64,000 nt of DNA, from positions 160,001-224,000 of the forward strand of contig CAWFDF010000012.1 of NCBI GenBank assembly GCA_963814585.1, written 5' to 3'. The position numbers and the translations under genes were made by a program. Numbering within the stretch: the stretch's first letter is position 1; each line of letters opens with the position of its first letter. This DNA comes from an uncultured delta proteobacterium. GTDB lineage: Bacteria; Myxococcota; Myxococcia; Myxococcales; Anaeromyxobacteraceae. The notes beneath the pieces were generated by a model. The model was not told where the DNA came from, ran no database searches, and worked only from the letters and a program-made list of their open reading frames with translations. Below, in pieces: positions 9,967 to 18,752 of this stretch.

Positions 9967-11960
9967 GCCGGTCCTCCCAGCGCCAGCCAGGCCAGCAGGC
10001 CGAGGATCCCGAGCAGGACCAGCAGCACCTTCGACTGGACCCGGCCGCCGAACTGGGCGCGCAGCCGGTCCGAGCCCCGGACGCCCGAGCGCAGCAGCGG
10101 GAGGATGGCCAGGTCCAGGACCGTGTCGGGCATGTGCGAGTCGAAGGCGGCGCGGCGCGGGAAGACGCCGGTGGGCGGCTCGACCCGCGTGTGCGGGAAG
10201 AAGACCCAGCCGAAGCGCAGGACCAGCTGCTCCGCGAAGGAGGAGCCGGTGTACTGCATGCGCGGCGTCGGTCGGGCGAACCCGCAGCCCCAGGTCGGCG
10301 CGCCCGGCTGGGCCCGCCCGAGCCGGAGGCGCCGCCACCCGGCCAGCAGGCCGGCGGCCAGGAGCAGCGCCGCCGCGACCAGGCTCACCATCCAGGCGCC
10401 GCGCGCCGCCTCCCCGGCCGGGCCGGCCAGCAGCTCCGCCGGGAGGCCCGACCAGGCCCCGGCCGCGCGGGTCAGCCCAGGCAGCCAGGCCGCCGGGAAG
10501 AGGCCGATGACCGCGCAGAGGAGCGCCAGCGTCGCCATCGGGGCCAGCATGCTCGGCGCGGCCTCGTGGCCCCGCCCGGCGTGCGGAGACCGGGCATGGC
10601 CCAGGAAGACCGTGCCGAACACCTTGGCGAAGCAGGCGGCGGCCAGCCCGCCGACCAGCGCCAGCGTGGGCGCGGCCAGGCCGGCCAGCGGCGCGGACGC
10701 CGAGCCGTGCCCGGCGACGGCGTGGAAGGAGGCCAGGAAGACCAGCCACTCGGAGGCGAAGCCGTTGAGCGGCGGGAGCCCGGAGATGGCGGCCGCGCCG
10801 ACCAGGAAGAAGGCCGCCGTGAAGGGCATGGCCCGCCCCAGGCCACCGAGGAGGTCGAGCTCCCTGGTCCCGGTGGCGTGGTGGACGGCGCCGGCGCCGA
10901 GGAACAGCAGCCCCTTGAACGCCGCGTGGTTCACCACGTGGAGCGCGGCCCCGGAGAAGCCCAGCACCACCAGCGCCGGGTTCCCGGTCGAGCGCCCCAG
11001 CAGGGCCAGGCCCACGCCCATGGCGATGATGCCGATGTTCTCCACCGAGTGGTACGCCAGCAGCCGCTTCACGTCGTGCTGGGCCAGCGCGAAGGCCACG
11101 CCGAGGACCGCCGACGCCGCCCCGGCGGCGAGCAGCGTGCCGCCCCAGGCCTGCGGCACGGACTGGAAGAAGCCGGTGACGCGGAGGATCCCGTAGATCC
11201 CCGTCTTCAGGAGCACGCCCGACAGGAGCGCGGAGACGTGGCTCGGCGCGGCGGCGTGGGCGCCCGGCAGCCAGAAGTGGAGCGGCACCAGCCCGGCCTT
11301 GAGCCCGAAGCCGAACAGGGCCAGCCCGAAGACCCAGCCGGCCAGCGGCGCGCCGCCGTCGAGGCCCGCCATGGCCGCGAACTCGAAGGAGGCGGCCATC
11401 CGCCCCAGCAGCGCGAAGAGGGCGAAGAGCGCCAGGTTCCCGGCGTGGGCCGCGGCCAGGTAGACGAAGGCGGCGCGCTGCGCCTCGGGCTTTTCGTGCT
11501 CGGTGAAGACCAGGAGGAACCCGGCCAGCGCCATGACCTCCCAGGCCACCAGGAAGAGGATGGCGTTGGCCGCCACGCAGACCATCGTCATCGCCCCGGT
11601 GACGAGGCCGAAGTAGAGCTGGAGCCGGATCGACCGCGCGCCGCGCTCGGCCTGCGGCCAGTACCCCAGGCCGTAGATGGAGGCCAGCGCCGGCAGGCCC
11701 AGCACCGGAAGCACGAAGACGGCCGAGAGGGCGTCGACCCGCATCGAGAGCGACGCCCGCGGGGTGGGCCAGGCCGCCGACCAGGCCGCCCCCTGCCCGG
11801 CCAGCGCCAGCGTGGCCCCGGCCATGCCGAGGGCCGCGCCGAGCACCAGCGTCCCGGTGCAGAGCCGCTGCGCCAGCGCCGGCCGGCGGCGCAGCGCCAG
11901 CGCCCAGCCCCCGCTGGTGGCGGCCAGGCCGACTCCCGCGATGATCAGGAACAGGCTCAC
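9963..11960 (-). CDS. HyfB-like antiporter-type membrane subunit (EhrA-like)
   Basis: FLVAWEVM, KAGLVPLHFWLPGAHAAAPSHVSA, KRLLAYHSVENIG, GLPPLNGFASEW, TWGCGF; GTG start at 11960 is inferred. Confidence 0.88.
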   Translation of the reverse strand: MSLFLIIAGVGLAATSGGWALALRRRPALAQRLCTGTLVLGAALGMAGATLALAGQGAAWSAAWPTPRASLSMRVDALSAVFVLPVLGLPALASIYGLGYWPQAERGARSIRLQLYFGLVTGAMTMVCVAANAILFLVAWEVMALAGFLLVFTEHEKPEAQRAAFVYLAAAHAGNLALFALFALLGRMAASFEFAAMAGLDGGAPLAGWVFGLALFGFGLKAGLVPLHFWLPGAHAAAPSHVSALLSGVLLKTGIYGILRVTGFFQSVPQAWGGTLLAAGAASAVLGVAFALAQHDVKRLLAYHSVENIGIIAMGVGLALLGRSTGNPALVVLGFSGAALHVVNHAAFKGLLFLGAGAVHHATGTRELDLLGGLGRAMPFTAAFFLVGAAAISGLPPLNGFASEWLVFLASFHAVAGHGSASAPLAGLAAPTLALVGGLAAACFAKVFGTVFLGHARSPHAGRGHEAAPSMLAPMATLALLCAVIGLFPAAWLPGLTRAAGAWSGLPAELLAGPAGEAARGAWMVSLVAAALLLAAGLLAGWRRLRLGRAQPGAPTWGCGFARPTPRMQYTGSSFAEQLVLRFGWVFFPHTRVEPPTGVFPRRAAFDSHMPDTVLDLAILPLLRSGVRGSDRLRAQFGGRVQSKVLLVLLGILGLLAWLALGGPA

Positions 11961-12083
11961 CGGGGCGGACGCTAGCGGACTTCGCGCTCGAGCGACAAGG
12001 CCGAACGACGCTGGCTGCCGCATCGCTCCGGCGCTAGACTCCGCTCCCCCTCGGATCCCCGCACTCGAAGGACGGCACGCGCC

Positions 12084-14834
12084 ATGGCACGCACGAGGTA
12101 CACCGGCCCGACCCAGGACTCCCGGCTGCGGGAGCTCCCGGCCGCGGCGCTCCGTGCCGTCGTGCGAGAGGGCTACACGGCCGCCGACTTCCGCGCCGAC
12201 CTCATGGCCGGCCTGGTGGTGGGCGTGGTGGCGCTGCCGCTGGCCATGGCGCTGGCCATCGCGGTCGGGGTCCCACCCCAGCACGGCCTGTACACCGCCA
12301 TCGTGGCCGGCGGGCTGGTGGCGCTGCTGGGCGGCTCCCGCACCCAGGTGACCGGCCCGACGGCCGCCTTCATCGTCATCCTGGCGCCGGTCTACACCCG
12401 CTTCGGGATGGCCGGGCTCCTCCTCGCCGGGCTGATGGCCGGCCTGGTCCTCATCGGGATGGGGCTCTTCCGGATGGGGAAGCTCATCCAGTTCATCCCG
12501 CACCCGGTGACCACCGGCTTCACCGCCGGGATCGCCGTGGTCATCGCCGTGCTCCAGGTGAAGGACCTCCTCGGGCTCCGCCTCGAGCACACCCCCGAGC
12601 ACTTCGCCGAGCGGATCGAGGCCATGGTGGCGGCGTCCGGGACCGCCTCCTCCTGGGAGCTGGCGGTCGGCCTCTTCACCCTGGCGCTGCTCCTCTACTT
12701 CCCGCGGCTGACCAGGCGGGTGCCAGCGCCGCTGGTGGCGCTGTCCGCCGCCGCCGTCCTGGCGGCCGTCCTGGCTCGCGTCGCCGGCGTGGAGATCGCA
12801 ACCATCGCCAGCCGGTTCCACACCGTGGTCGGTGGCCGGGTGGTGGACGGCATCCCCCAGCTGCCGCCGCTCCCGGTCCTGCCGTGGCTGATGCCGGGCC
12901 CGGGAGGGGCACCGCTGCAGATCGACTTCGGGACCCTCCGGGCCCTCCTGCCCAGCGCCCTGGCCATCGCCATGCTCGGCGCCATCGAGTCGCTGCTCTC
13001 CGCGGTGGTCGCCGACGGCATGGCGCGGACCCGCCACGATCCCGACGCCGAGCTGCTGGCCGCCGGCGTCGGCAACGTGGTCGCCCCCTTCTTCGGCGGC
13101 ATCCCCGCCACCGGCGCCATCGCCCGCACCGCCACCAACATCCGCTCGGGCGCCCGCACGCCGGTGGCCGCCGTGATCCACGCGGTGGTGGTGCTGGCGG
13201 CCGTGGTGGTCCTGGCCCCGGCCCTGGGCTACCTGCCCATGTCCGCGCTGGCGGCCCTGCTGCTGCTGGTGGCCTGGAACATGTCCGAGGCCAAGCACTT
13301 CCTCCACACCCTCAAGGTGGCGCCGCGCAGCGACGTGGCCGTGCTGCTCACCTGCTTCGGCCTCACCGTCTTCACCGACATGGTCATCGGCGTGGGCGTG
13401 GGCATGGTGCTGGCCGCCATGCTCTTCATGCGCCGCATGGCGGCGGTCACCGAGGCCAGCATGGAGCTCGAGGATGGCACGGCGCTGCCCGGGCCGGTCC
13501 CCTCGGGCGTGGTCGTCTACCGCGTCTCCGGGCCGCTCTTCTTCGGCGCCGCCCAGAAGGCCATGGGCGCCCTCGGCGCCATCGCCGATCGCGTCCGGGT
13601 GGTGGTCTTCCGGCTCGACCAGGTGCCCGCCATGGACGCCACCGGCATGGTGGCGCTGGAGAGCGCCGTCGGGCGGCTGCGGACCGCCGACGTCACCGCC
13701 ATCCTCCACGGGCTCCGGCCGCAGCCGCGCGAGGTGGTGGGCCGCTCCGGCCTGCTCGACCACCCCGGCGTGCTGGCCTGCGACGACTGGGCCGAGACCC
13801 TCCGCCTGGCGGGCCAGATCGTGGCCGAGGAGGCCGGCGGCCTGGCCTCGATCTCGTCGCGGCTCACCGCCGCCGACGTGATGAGCCGGGACGTGGCCTT
13901 CGTGGCGCCCGCCGCCTCGCTGCGCGAGGTGGTGGAGACCATGCTGGTGAAGGGGCGCCGGGCGGTGCCGGTGGTGGAGCGCGGGAAGGTGGTCGGCATC
14001 ATCTCCAACGGCGACCTGGTGCAGCGCGGCGGCCTGGGCGTCAGGCTGGAGCTGCTGCGCGGGATGGCCTGGGCCGACGTCCACGCCCACCTGGACGGGC
14101 TGGCGGGCGCGGCCAAGACCGCGGCCGACGTCATGACGGCACGGCCGGTGACCGTCCAGGAGTCGACCCGGCTGCGCCGCGTCGCCCGGCGCATGGACCA
14201 GCGCCGGCTCAAGCGGCTCCCGGTGCTCGACCAGGGCGGCGCGCTGGCCGGCATGGTCAGCCGCGTCGACCTGCTCCGGGCCACGGCCGGCCTGGCGCGG
14301 CCGGGCGAGGAGCAGCCGGCGCTGGCCGCCGTGCCGGAGGGCGCCCGGGTCGCCGGCATCATGCGCACCGACGTCCCGGCGGTGGGGCCGGACGCGCCGC
14401 TGGCCGAGGTCCTCGGCGCCATCGTGTCCACCCGGCTCAACAAGGCGCTGGTGCTGGACGGCGACCGCCGCGTCCTCGGGCTGATCACCGACGCCGAGCT
14501 CATGGACCGGCTGAGCCCGTCGCTGCGCCCCGGCCTGCTGCGCTCGCTGATGCAGCGGCCGCCGTCGACGGCCGGCGACGCGGCCGATCCGGCGGTGCGG
14601 CACGCCCAGGCGCGGCGGGCCTCGGAGCTGATGACCACCGACGTCCCGGTGGTGAGGCCGGAGACGCCGCTGGCCCAGGCCATCACCACCATGCTCGACG
14701 CCAACCGGAAGATCCTGGCCGTGGTCGACGGCGACGGCCGCCTGGTCGGGGTCGTCGATCGCGCCGACCTGCTGCGGGGGATCGCCGCGCAGACCGGCGG
14801 GGAGCCCGGGGCGGGCGCGGCGCCGGCTTCCTAG
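12084..14834 (+). CDS. SulP/DauA-family anion transporter with STAS domain, fused to four CBS domains
   Basis: ADLMAGLVVGVVALPLAMALAIA, VTGPTAAF, ESLLSAVVADGM, GAIARTATNIRSG, GPLFFGAA (STAS), then four CBS repeats (ADVMSRDV, ADVMTARP, IMRTDVP, ELMTTDVP). Confidence 0.92.
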   Translation: MARTRYTGPTQDSRLRELPAAALRAVVREGYTAADFRADLMAGLVVGVVALPLAMALAIAVGVPPQHGLYTAIVAGGLVALLGGSRTQVTGPTAAFIVILAPVYTRFGMAGLLLAGLMAGLVLIGMGLFRMGKLIQFIPHPVTTGFTAGIAVVIAVLQVKDLLGLRLEHTPEHFAERIEAMVAASGTASSWELAVGLFTLALLLYFPRLTRRVPAPLVALSAAAVLAAVLARVAGVEIATIASRFHTVVGGRVVDGIPQLPPLPVLPWLMPGPGGAPLQIDFGTLRALLPSALAIAMLGAIESLLSAVVADGMARTRHDPDAELLAAGVGNVVAPFFGGIPATGAIARTATNIRSGARTPVAAVIHAVVVLAAVVVLAPALGYLPMSALAALLLLVAWNMSEAKHFLHTLKVAPRSDVAVLLTCFGLTVFTDMVIGVGVGMVLAAMLFMRRMAAVTEASMELEDGTALPGPVPSGVVVYRVSGPLFFGAAQKAMGALGAIADRVRVVVFRLDQVPAMDATGMVALESAVGRLRTADVTAILHGLRPQPREVVGRSGLLDHPGVLACDDWAETLRLAGQIVAEEAGGLASISSRLTAADVMSRDVAFVAPAASLREVVETMLVKGRRAVPVVERGKVVGIISNGDLVQRGGLGVRLELLRGMAWADVHAHLDGLAGAAKTAADVMTARPVTVQESTRLRRVARRMDQRRLKRLPVLDQGGALAGMVSRVDLLRATAGLARPGEEQPALAAVPEGARVAGIMRTDVPAVGPDAPLAEVLGAIVSTRLNKALVLDGDRRVLGLITDAELMDRLSPSLRPGLLRSLMQRPPSTAGDAADPAVRHAQARRASELMTTDVPVVRPETPLAQAITTMLDANRKILAVVDGDGRLVGVVDRADLLRGIAAQTGGEPGAGAAPAS

Positions 14835-14866
14835 CGGCGCCGGCCCGGTCGCCGTCCAGGAACGCC

Positions 14867-14897
14867 GAGGGCCCCGCTGGATGTCCAGGGGGCCCTC
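14867..14897. terminator. GC-rich hairpin between the convergent SulP and tRNA-Lys genes
   Basis: GAGGGCCCC-GCTGG-ATGT-CCAG-GGGGCCCTC inverted repeat. Confidence 0.55.
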
Positions 14898-14937
14898 TGA
14901 TCCAGCTGATCCAGCGTGTTTCCGGGTGGTTCGTGAG

Positions 14938-15010
14938 TGAGCGCGGAAGGAATCGAACCTTCAACCTATGGATTAAGAGTCCATTGCTCTGCCAGTTGAG
15001 CTACGCGCCC
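14938..15010 (-). tRNA. tRNA-Lys(CTT), CCA not encoded
   Basis: GGGCGCGTAGCTCAACTGGCAGAGCAATGGACTCTTAATCCATAGGTTGAAGGTTCGATTCCTTCCGCGCTCA folds as a cloverleaf. Confidence 0.95.
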
Positions 15011-15043
15011 GAAGAACGAGATCGGGATGGCGGAAAGGGCGCG

Positions 15044-15072
15044 GATCTACCAGCGCCCGTCCGGGCTGTCAA
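15044..15072 (-). promoter_or_regulatory. sigma70-type promoter for tRNA-Lys
   Basis: TTGACA-N17-TAGATC on the minus strand, about 33 nt upstream of the tRNA. Confidence 0.65.
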
Positions 15073-15103
15073 CGTGCCGCCGCGCTGGCGGGCCAGCGCC
15101 GTG

Positions 15104-15180
15104 TGGCGCGCCCGGAGGGACTCGAACCCCCGACCAGCGGCTTAGAAGGCCGCTGCTCTGTCCAGCTGAGCTACGGGCGC
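15104..15180 (-). tRNA. tRNA-Arg(TCT)
   Basis: GCGCCCGTAGCTCAGCTGGACAGAGCAGCGGCCTTCTAAGCCGCTGGTCGGGGGTTCGAGTCCCTCCGGGCGCGCCA. Confidence 0.95.
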
Positions 15181-15194
15181 TTCGCGAGAAGGGT

Positions 15195-15271
15195 TGGGGT
15201 GAGTAAAGGGGTTCGAACCCTTGACCCCCGGATCCACAGTCCAGTGCTCTACCGATTGAGCTATACTCACC
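15195..15271 (-). tRNA. tRNA-His(GTG) with encoded G-1
   Basis: GGTGAGTATAGCTCAATCGGTAGAGCACTGGACTGTGGATCCGGGGGTCAAGGGTTCGAACCCCTTTACTCACCCCA. Confidence 0.95.
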
Positions 15272-15349
15272 GTAAAATTTGACGACCTCGTTGCTGCCCC
15301 GGCGCCGCAGGTGTCGCGCGGCCCGGCCACCACCATCGCTGTCAAAGAG

Positions 15350-15423
15350 TCGGGGCGGCCGGATTCGGACCGACGACCTCCTGCGCCCAAGGCAGGCGCG
15401 CTACCAGGCTGCGCTACGCCCCG
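15350..15423 (-). tRNA. tRNA-Pro(TGG), CCA not encoded, T-loop TCCGAAT
   Basis: CGGGGCGTAGCGCAGCCTGGTAGCGCGCCTGCCTTGGGCGCAGGAGGTCGTCGGTCCGAATCCGGCCGCCCCGA. Confidence 0.92.
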
Positions 15424-15471
15424 GAATCGATGGGCCGACCGGGCGAGCCGGTCACTCCGAGGGGGTGGTAC

Positions 15472-16119
15472 CTAGCGGGTCTCCCTCGGTTCGTCAAGGG
15501 CGGCGAGGCGAGCCAGGACCGGCCGCAGCGCCCGGAAGGCCTCCCCCCGGTGCGACAGCGCGTCCTTCTCCTCCGCCGGCAGCTCGGCCATGGTGAGGGC
15601 CCGCCCCTCGGCCACGAAGAGCGGGTCGTAGCCGAAGCCGCCCGTCCCGCGCGGGGCCTTCCCGATCCGGCCGCGGCAGCGCCCCTCGACGCTGGCGAGG
15701 ATGCGGCCATCCGGTCCCGCCAGCGACAGCACCGCCACGTAGGCGGCCCCCCGCTGGTCCTTGGGCCGGCCGGAGAGCGAACCCAGCAGCTTCTGGTTGT
15801 TGCGGCGGTCCCGCTCCTCCCGCGGCAAGGCGCCGGGCGCCTCCGCCTCCGACCAGCGCGCCGAGAGGATGCCGGGGGCGCCGTCGAGCGCATCCACGCA
15901 GAGGCCGGAGTCGTCGGCCAGCGCCAGGCGGCCCGAGGCGAGCGCGAAGGCGCGGGCCTTCTTCTCGGCGTTCTGCCTGAAGGTGGCGCCGTCCTCCACC
16001 ACCTCGGGGAGCGGCGCGCCGAGCGCCTCGGGCGCCACCACGGTGATGGGCAGCCCCGCCACCAGCCGGCGCAGCTCGCGCAGCTTCCCCGGGTTGCCGG
16101 TGCCGAAGAAGAGCTCCAT
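15472..16119 (-). CDS. rdgB: RdgB/HAM1 non-canonical purine NTP pyrophosphatase
   Basis: TGNPGKLRE, ADDSGLCVDALDGAPGILSAR, GFGYDPLF, SHRG. Confidence 0.95.
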   Translation of the reverse strand: MELFFGTGNPGKLRELRRLVAGLPITVVAPEALGAPLPEVVEDGATFRQNAEKKARAFALASGRLALADDSGLCVDALDGAPGILSARWSEAEAPGALPREERDRRNNQKLLGSLSGRPKDQRGAAYVAVLSLAGPDGRILASVEGRCRGRIGKAPRGTGGFGYDPLFVAEGRALTMAELPAEEKDALSHRGEAFRALRPVLARLAALDEPRETR

Positions 16120-16137
16120 CCCCTCCCCCGCGCCCGG

Positions 16138-16851
16138 CTACCCGAGCGCCTGCCGCTGAAGCTCGCCGAGGCGGGTGATCCCCTCGAGCGCCAGGTCGAG
16201 CATGCCGTCCAGCTCGGCGCGGCCGAAGGCCTTCCCCTCGGCGGTCCCCTGCACCTCGACCAGCTTGCCCTCGCCGGTGGCCACCACGTTCATGTCCACG
16301 TCGGCGGTCGAGTCCTCGTCGTAGTCGAGGTCGAGCAGCGCCACCCCGCCCTTCACGCCGACGCTGACCGCGGCCACGCTCCGGACCATGGGGCTGGTCT
16401 TGATCTTGCCGTCCTTCTGCAGCCGGCGCACCGCCAGCGAGAGCGCCACCCAGGCGCCGGTGACGGCGGCGGTGCGGGTGCCGCCGTCGGCCTGCAGCAC
16501 GTCGCAGTCGAGCGCGATGGTGCGCTGGCCGAGCGCCTTGAGGTCGATGGAGGCCCGCAGCGCCCGGCCGATGAGCCGCTGGATCTCCAGGGTCCGGCCG
16601 CCCTGCTTGCCGGCGGCCGCCTCGCGCCGCATCCGGTCGTGGGTGGAGCGCGGCAGCATCCCGTACTCGGCGGTGACCCAGCCGGCGCCGGTGCCGAGGA
16701 CGTGGGGCGGGACCCGGTCCTCGATCGACGCCGTGCAGAGCACGTGGGTGTCGCCGAAGCGGGCCAGGCAGGAGCCCTCCGCGTACTTGGAGAAGCCTGC
16801 CTCGAGGACGATCTTGCGGAGCTCGCGCTCGCCGCGACCTTGGGTTCGCAT
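16138..16851 (-). CDS. rph: Ribonuclease PH
   Basis: [42 protein letters not shown] 16851 preferred because TCGACT-N17-TAGGAT covers the upstream ATG at 16863. Confidence 0.95.
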   Translation of the reverse strand: MRTQGRGERELRKIVLEAGFSKYAEGSCLARFGDTHVLCTASIEDRVPPHVLGTGAGWVTAEYGMLPRSTHDRMRREAAAGKQGGRTLEIQRLIGRALRASIDLKALGQRTIALDCDVLQADGGTRTAAVTGAWVALSLAVRRLQKDGKIKTSPMVRSVAAVSVGVKGGVALLDLDYDEDSTADVDMNVVATGEGKLVEVQGTAEGKAFGRAELDGMLDLALEGITRLGELQRQALG

Positions 16852-16926
16852 CAGGGGCGGCATCCTAGTGCCCGGACCCGGGCAAGTCGACTGCTGCGAG
16901 GCCGATCCCCGGCCGGGGCCGGCGCG

Positions 16927-17691
16927 CTACCGGCGCCGCTCCGCCTCGCGCCACGCCCTGACCCCGGCGGCGATGGCGCCGGCGATCTTCTCCTGGTGGG
17001 CGGCGCTGGTGAGCCGCCTCGACTCCGTGCCGTTGGAGATGAAGCCCACCTCCAGCAGCACCGCCGGCATGCGGGCGCCCGCCAGGACGTAGAACGGCGC
17101 CTGCTTCACGCCGCGGTCCTCCGAGCCGAGCCCCGCGACCAGCCGATCGTGGAGCGCGTAGGCGAGGCGGGAGGAGCCGGCCAGCGACGCCGACTCCTCC
17201 AGGTCCTGGAGGATGCCGGCCACCGGGTCGGCCGGATCCGGCAGCGGCTCCCCGGCCATCCGGTCGGCGTTCTCGCGCGCCGCAGCCGCGGCGGCGCTGG
17301 CGTCGCTGGCGTCGGCGGAGAGGAAGTAGGTCTCCACCCCCGACGAGACCCGCCGCGCCTCGGCGGTGGCCATCGAGTTCAGGTGGATGGAGACGAAGAC
17401 GTCGGCCTTGAGGCCGTTGGCCACCGCCGCGCGCGTGGTGAGCGGAACGGCCACGTCGCCGGTCCGGGTCAGCACCACCTTGGCGCCGAGCTGCTCCAGC
17501 TTCGGCCGCAGGCGGCGGGCGATCTGGAGCACCACGTCCTTCTCCTTCACGCCGCTGGGCGAGAGGGCGCCGTCCTGGTCGCCGCCGTGGCCGGGGTCGA
17601 CCACCACCACGAAGTCGGGCGGCTTGGGCGGTGGCCGGGGAGGCGCCGGGGCGGCGAGCGTCAGGGCGGCGGCGAGGAGCGAGACCTTCAT
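16927..17691 (-). CDS. N-acetylmuramoyl-L-alanine amidase (Amidase_3)
   Basis: VVDPGHGG, EKDVVL, FVSIHLN, MPAVLLEVGFISN; signal peptide. Confidence 0.92.
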   Translation of the reverse strand: MKVSLLAAALTLAAPAPPRPPPKPPDFVVVVDPGHGGDQDGALSPSGVKEKDVVLQIARRLRPKLEQLGAKVVLTRTGDVAVPLTTRAAVANGLKADVFVSIHLNSMATAEARRVSSGVETYFLSADASDASAAAAAARENADRMAGEPLPDPADPVAGILQDLEESASLAGSSRLAYALHDRLVAGLGSEDRGVKQAPFYVLAGARMPAVLLEVGFISNGTESRRLTSAAHQEKIAGAIAAGVRAWREAERRR

Positions 17692-17702
17692 GGCGGCACG
17701 TC

Positions 17703-18752
17703 CTACACCACCTCGAGGCGCGCCGGCGAGCCGGGCAGCACCTCGCCGATGTCGGCGGCGCGGACCCCGGCGGCGGCCAGGGCCGCCAGCACGCCGGCCG
17801 AGCGCTCCGGCGCCACCGCCGCCAGCAGCCCGCCGTTGGTCTGGGCGTCGGCCAGCACGATGAGCGGCAGCGCCGCCTCCGGGTCGGCGCGGAGGTGGGG
17901 CAGCACCCAGGCCAGGTTGGCGCGCGAGCCGCCCGGCACCACGTCGGCCGCGGCCAGGTCCACCACGCCGTCGAGCACCGGCACCGCCTGGGAGCGGATC
18001 CGCAGGCCCACGCCCGACCCCTCCGCCATCTCCCAGGCGTGGCCGAGCAGGCCGAAGCCGGTGACGTCGGTCAGGGCGTGGACGGCGCCGGACTTCGCCA
18101 GCGTCTCGCCGGCGGCCCGGTTCAGCTCGGCCATGAGGCGGGTCACCTCGTCCTGCAGGCTGCCCAGCGCCACGCCCCGCTTGATGGCGGTGGTGATGAT
18201 GCCCGAGCCGAGCGGCTTGGTGAGCAGCAGCCGGTCTCCCGGCCGGGCCCCGACGTTGCGCAGGATCCGGTCGGGATGGACCAGGCCGGTGACGGCCATG
18301 CCGTACTTGGGCTCCGGGTCGTCGATGGAGTGGCCTCCCAGCACCGGCGCGCCGGCCAGCGCCGCCGCCTCGGCGCCGCCGCGCAGGACCTCGCCGAGCA
18401 GCTCCAGCGAGAGCGTCTTCACCGGCCAGCCGACCAGGTTGAGGGCGAAGAGCGGCCTCGCGCCCATGGCCCAGATGTCGGAGAAGGCGTTGGCGGCCGC
18501 GATCCGGCCGAACCAGTAGGGGTCGTCCACCACCGGCGTGAAGAAGTCGACGGTCTCGACGACCGCCTGGTCGGGCGAGAGGCGATAGACCGCGGCGTCG
18601 TCGCGGGTCAGGTGGCCGACCAGGACGTTGGGATCGTCGACGGGCTTCAGGTGGCGCAGGACCTGCGCCAGGTCCGCCGGGCGGAGCTTGCAGGCTCAAC
18701 CGGCGCCGTGGCTGAGCGTGGTGAGCCGGACCGTCTTCTCCTGCTCGCTCAT
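17703..18752 (-). CDS. selD: Selenide,water dikinase; selenoprotein with in-frame UGA (Sec19)
   Basis: MSEQEKTVRLTTLSHGAG-UGA(18696-18698)-ACKLRPADL...TVDFFTPVVDDPYWFGRIAAANAFSDIWAMG...TDVTGFGLLGH...DAQTNGGLL; ATG overlaps the upstream stop. Confidence 0.95.
18659..18675 (-). promoter_or_regulatory. Bacterial SECIS-like hairpin in selD
   Basis: GGACCUG-GCG-CAGGUCC perfect 7-bp stem with a G-starting loop, beginning 20 nt 3' of the UGA. Confidence 0.7.

Noticed and set aside
11961..12083. Fluoride (crcB) riboswitch upstream of the hyf-like operon or SulP
   Set aside because: I could not find the GGxGATGGxGTTCxCC...CTGATGACTCC-like core on either strand; an Infernal RF01734 search would settle it
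9963..14603. Very long ORFs such as 1546 aa (9963-14603), 1191 aa (23741-27316), 1029 aa (15430-18519) and 999 aa (2220-5219, 44104-47103)
   Set aside because: Shadow or antisense frames caused by very high GC. At most one terminal portion matches a real gene; the rest is Arg/Pro/Gly-rich text overlapping well-supported genes
14938..15423. Prophage or ICE integrated at the tRNA cluster
   Set aside because: No integrase, phage or conjugation genes and no duplicated tRNA 3' end seen in the window
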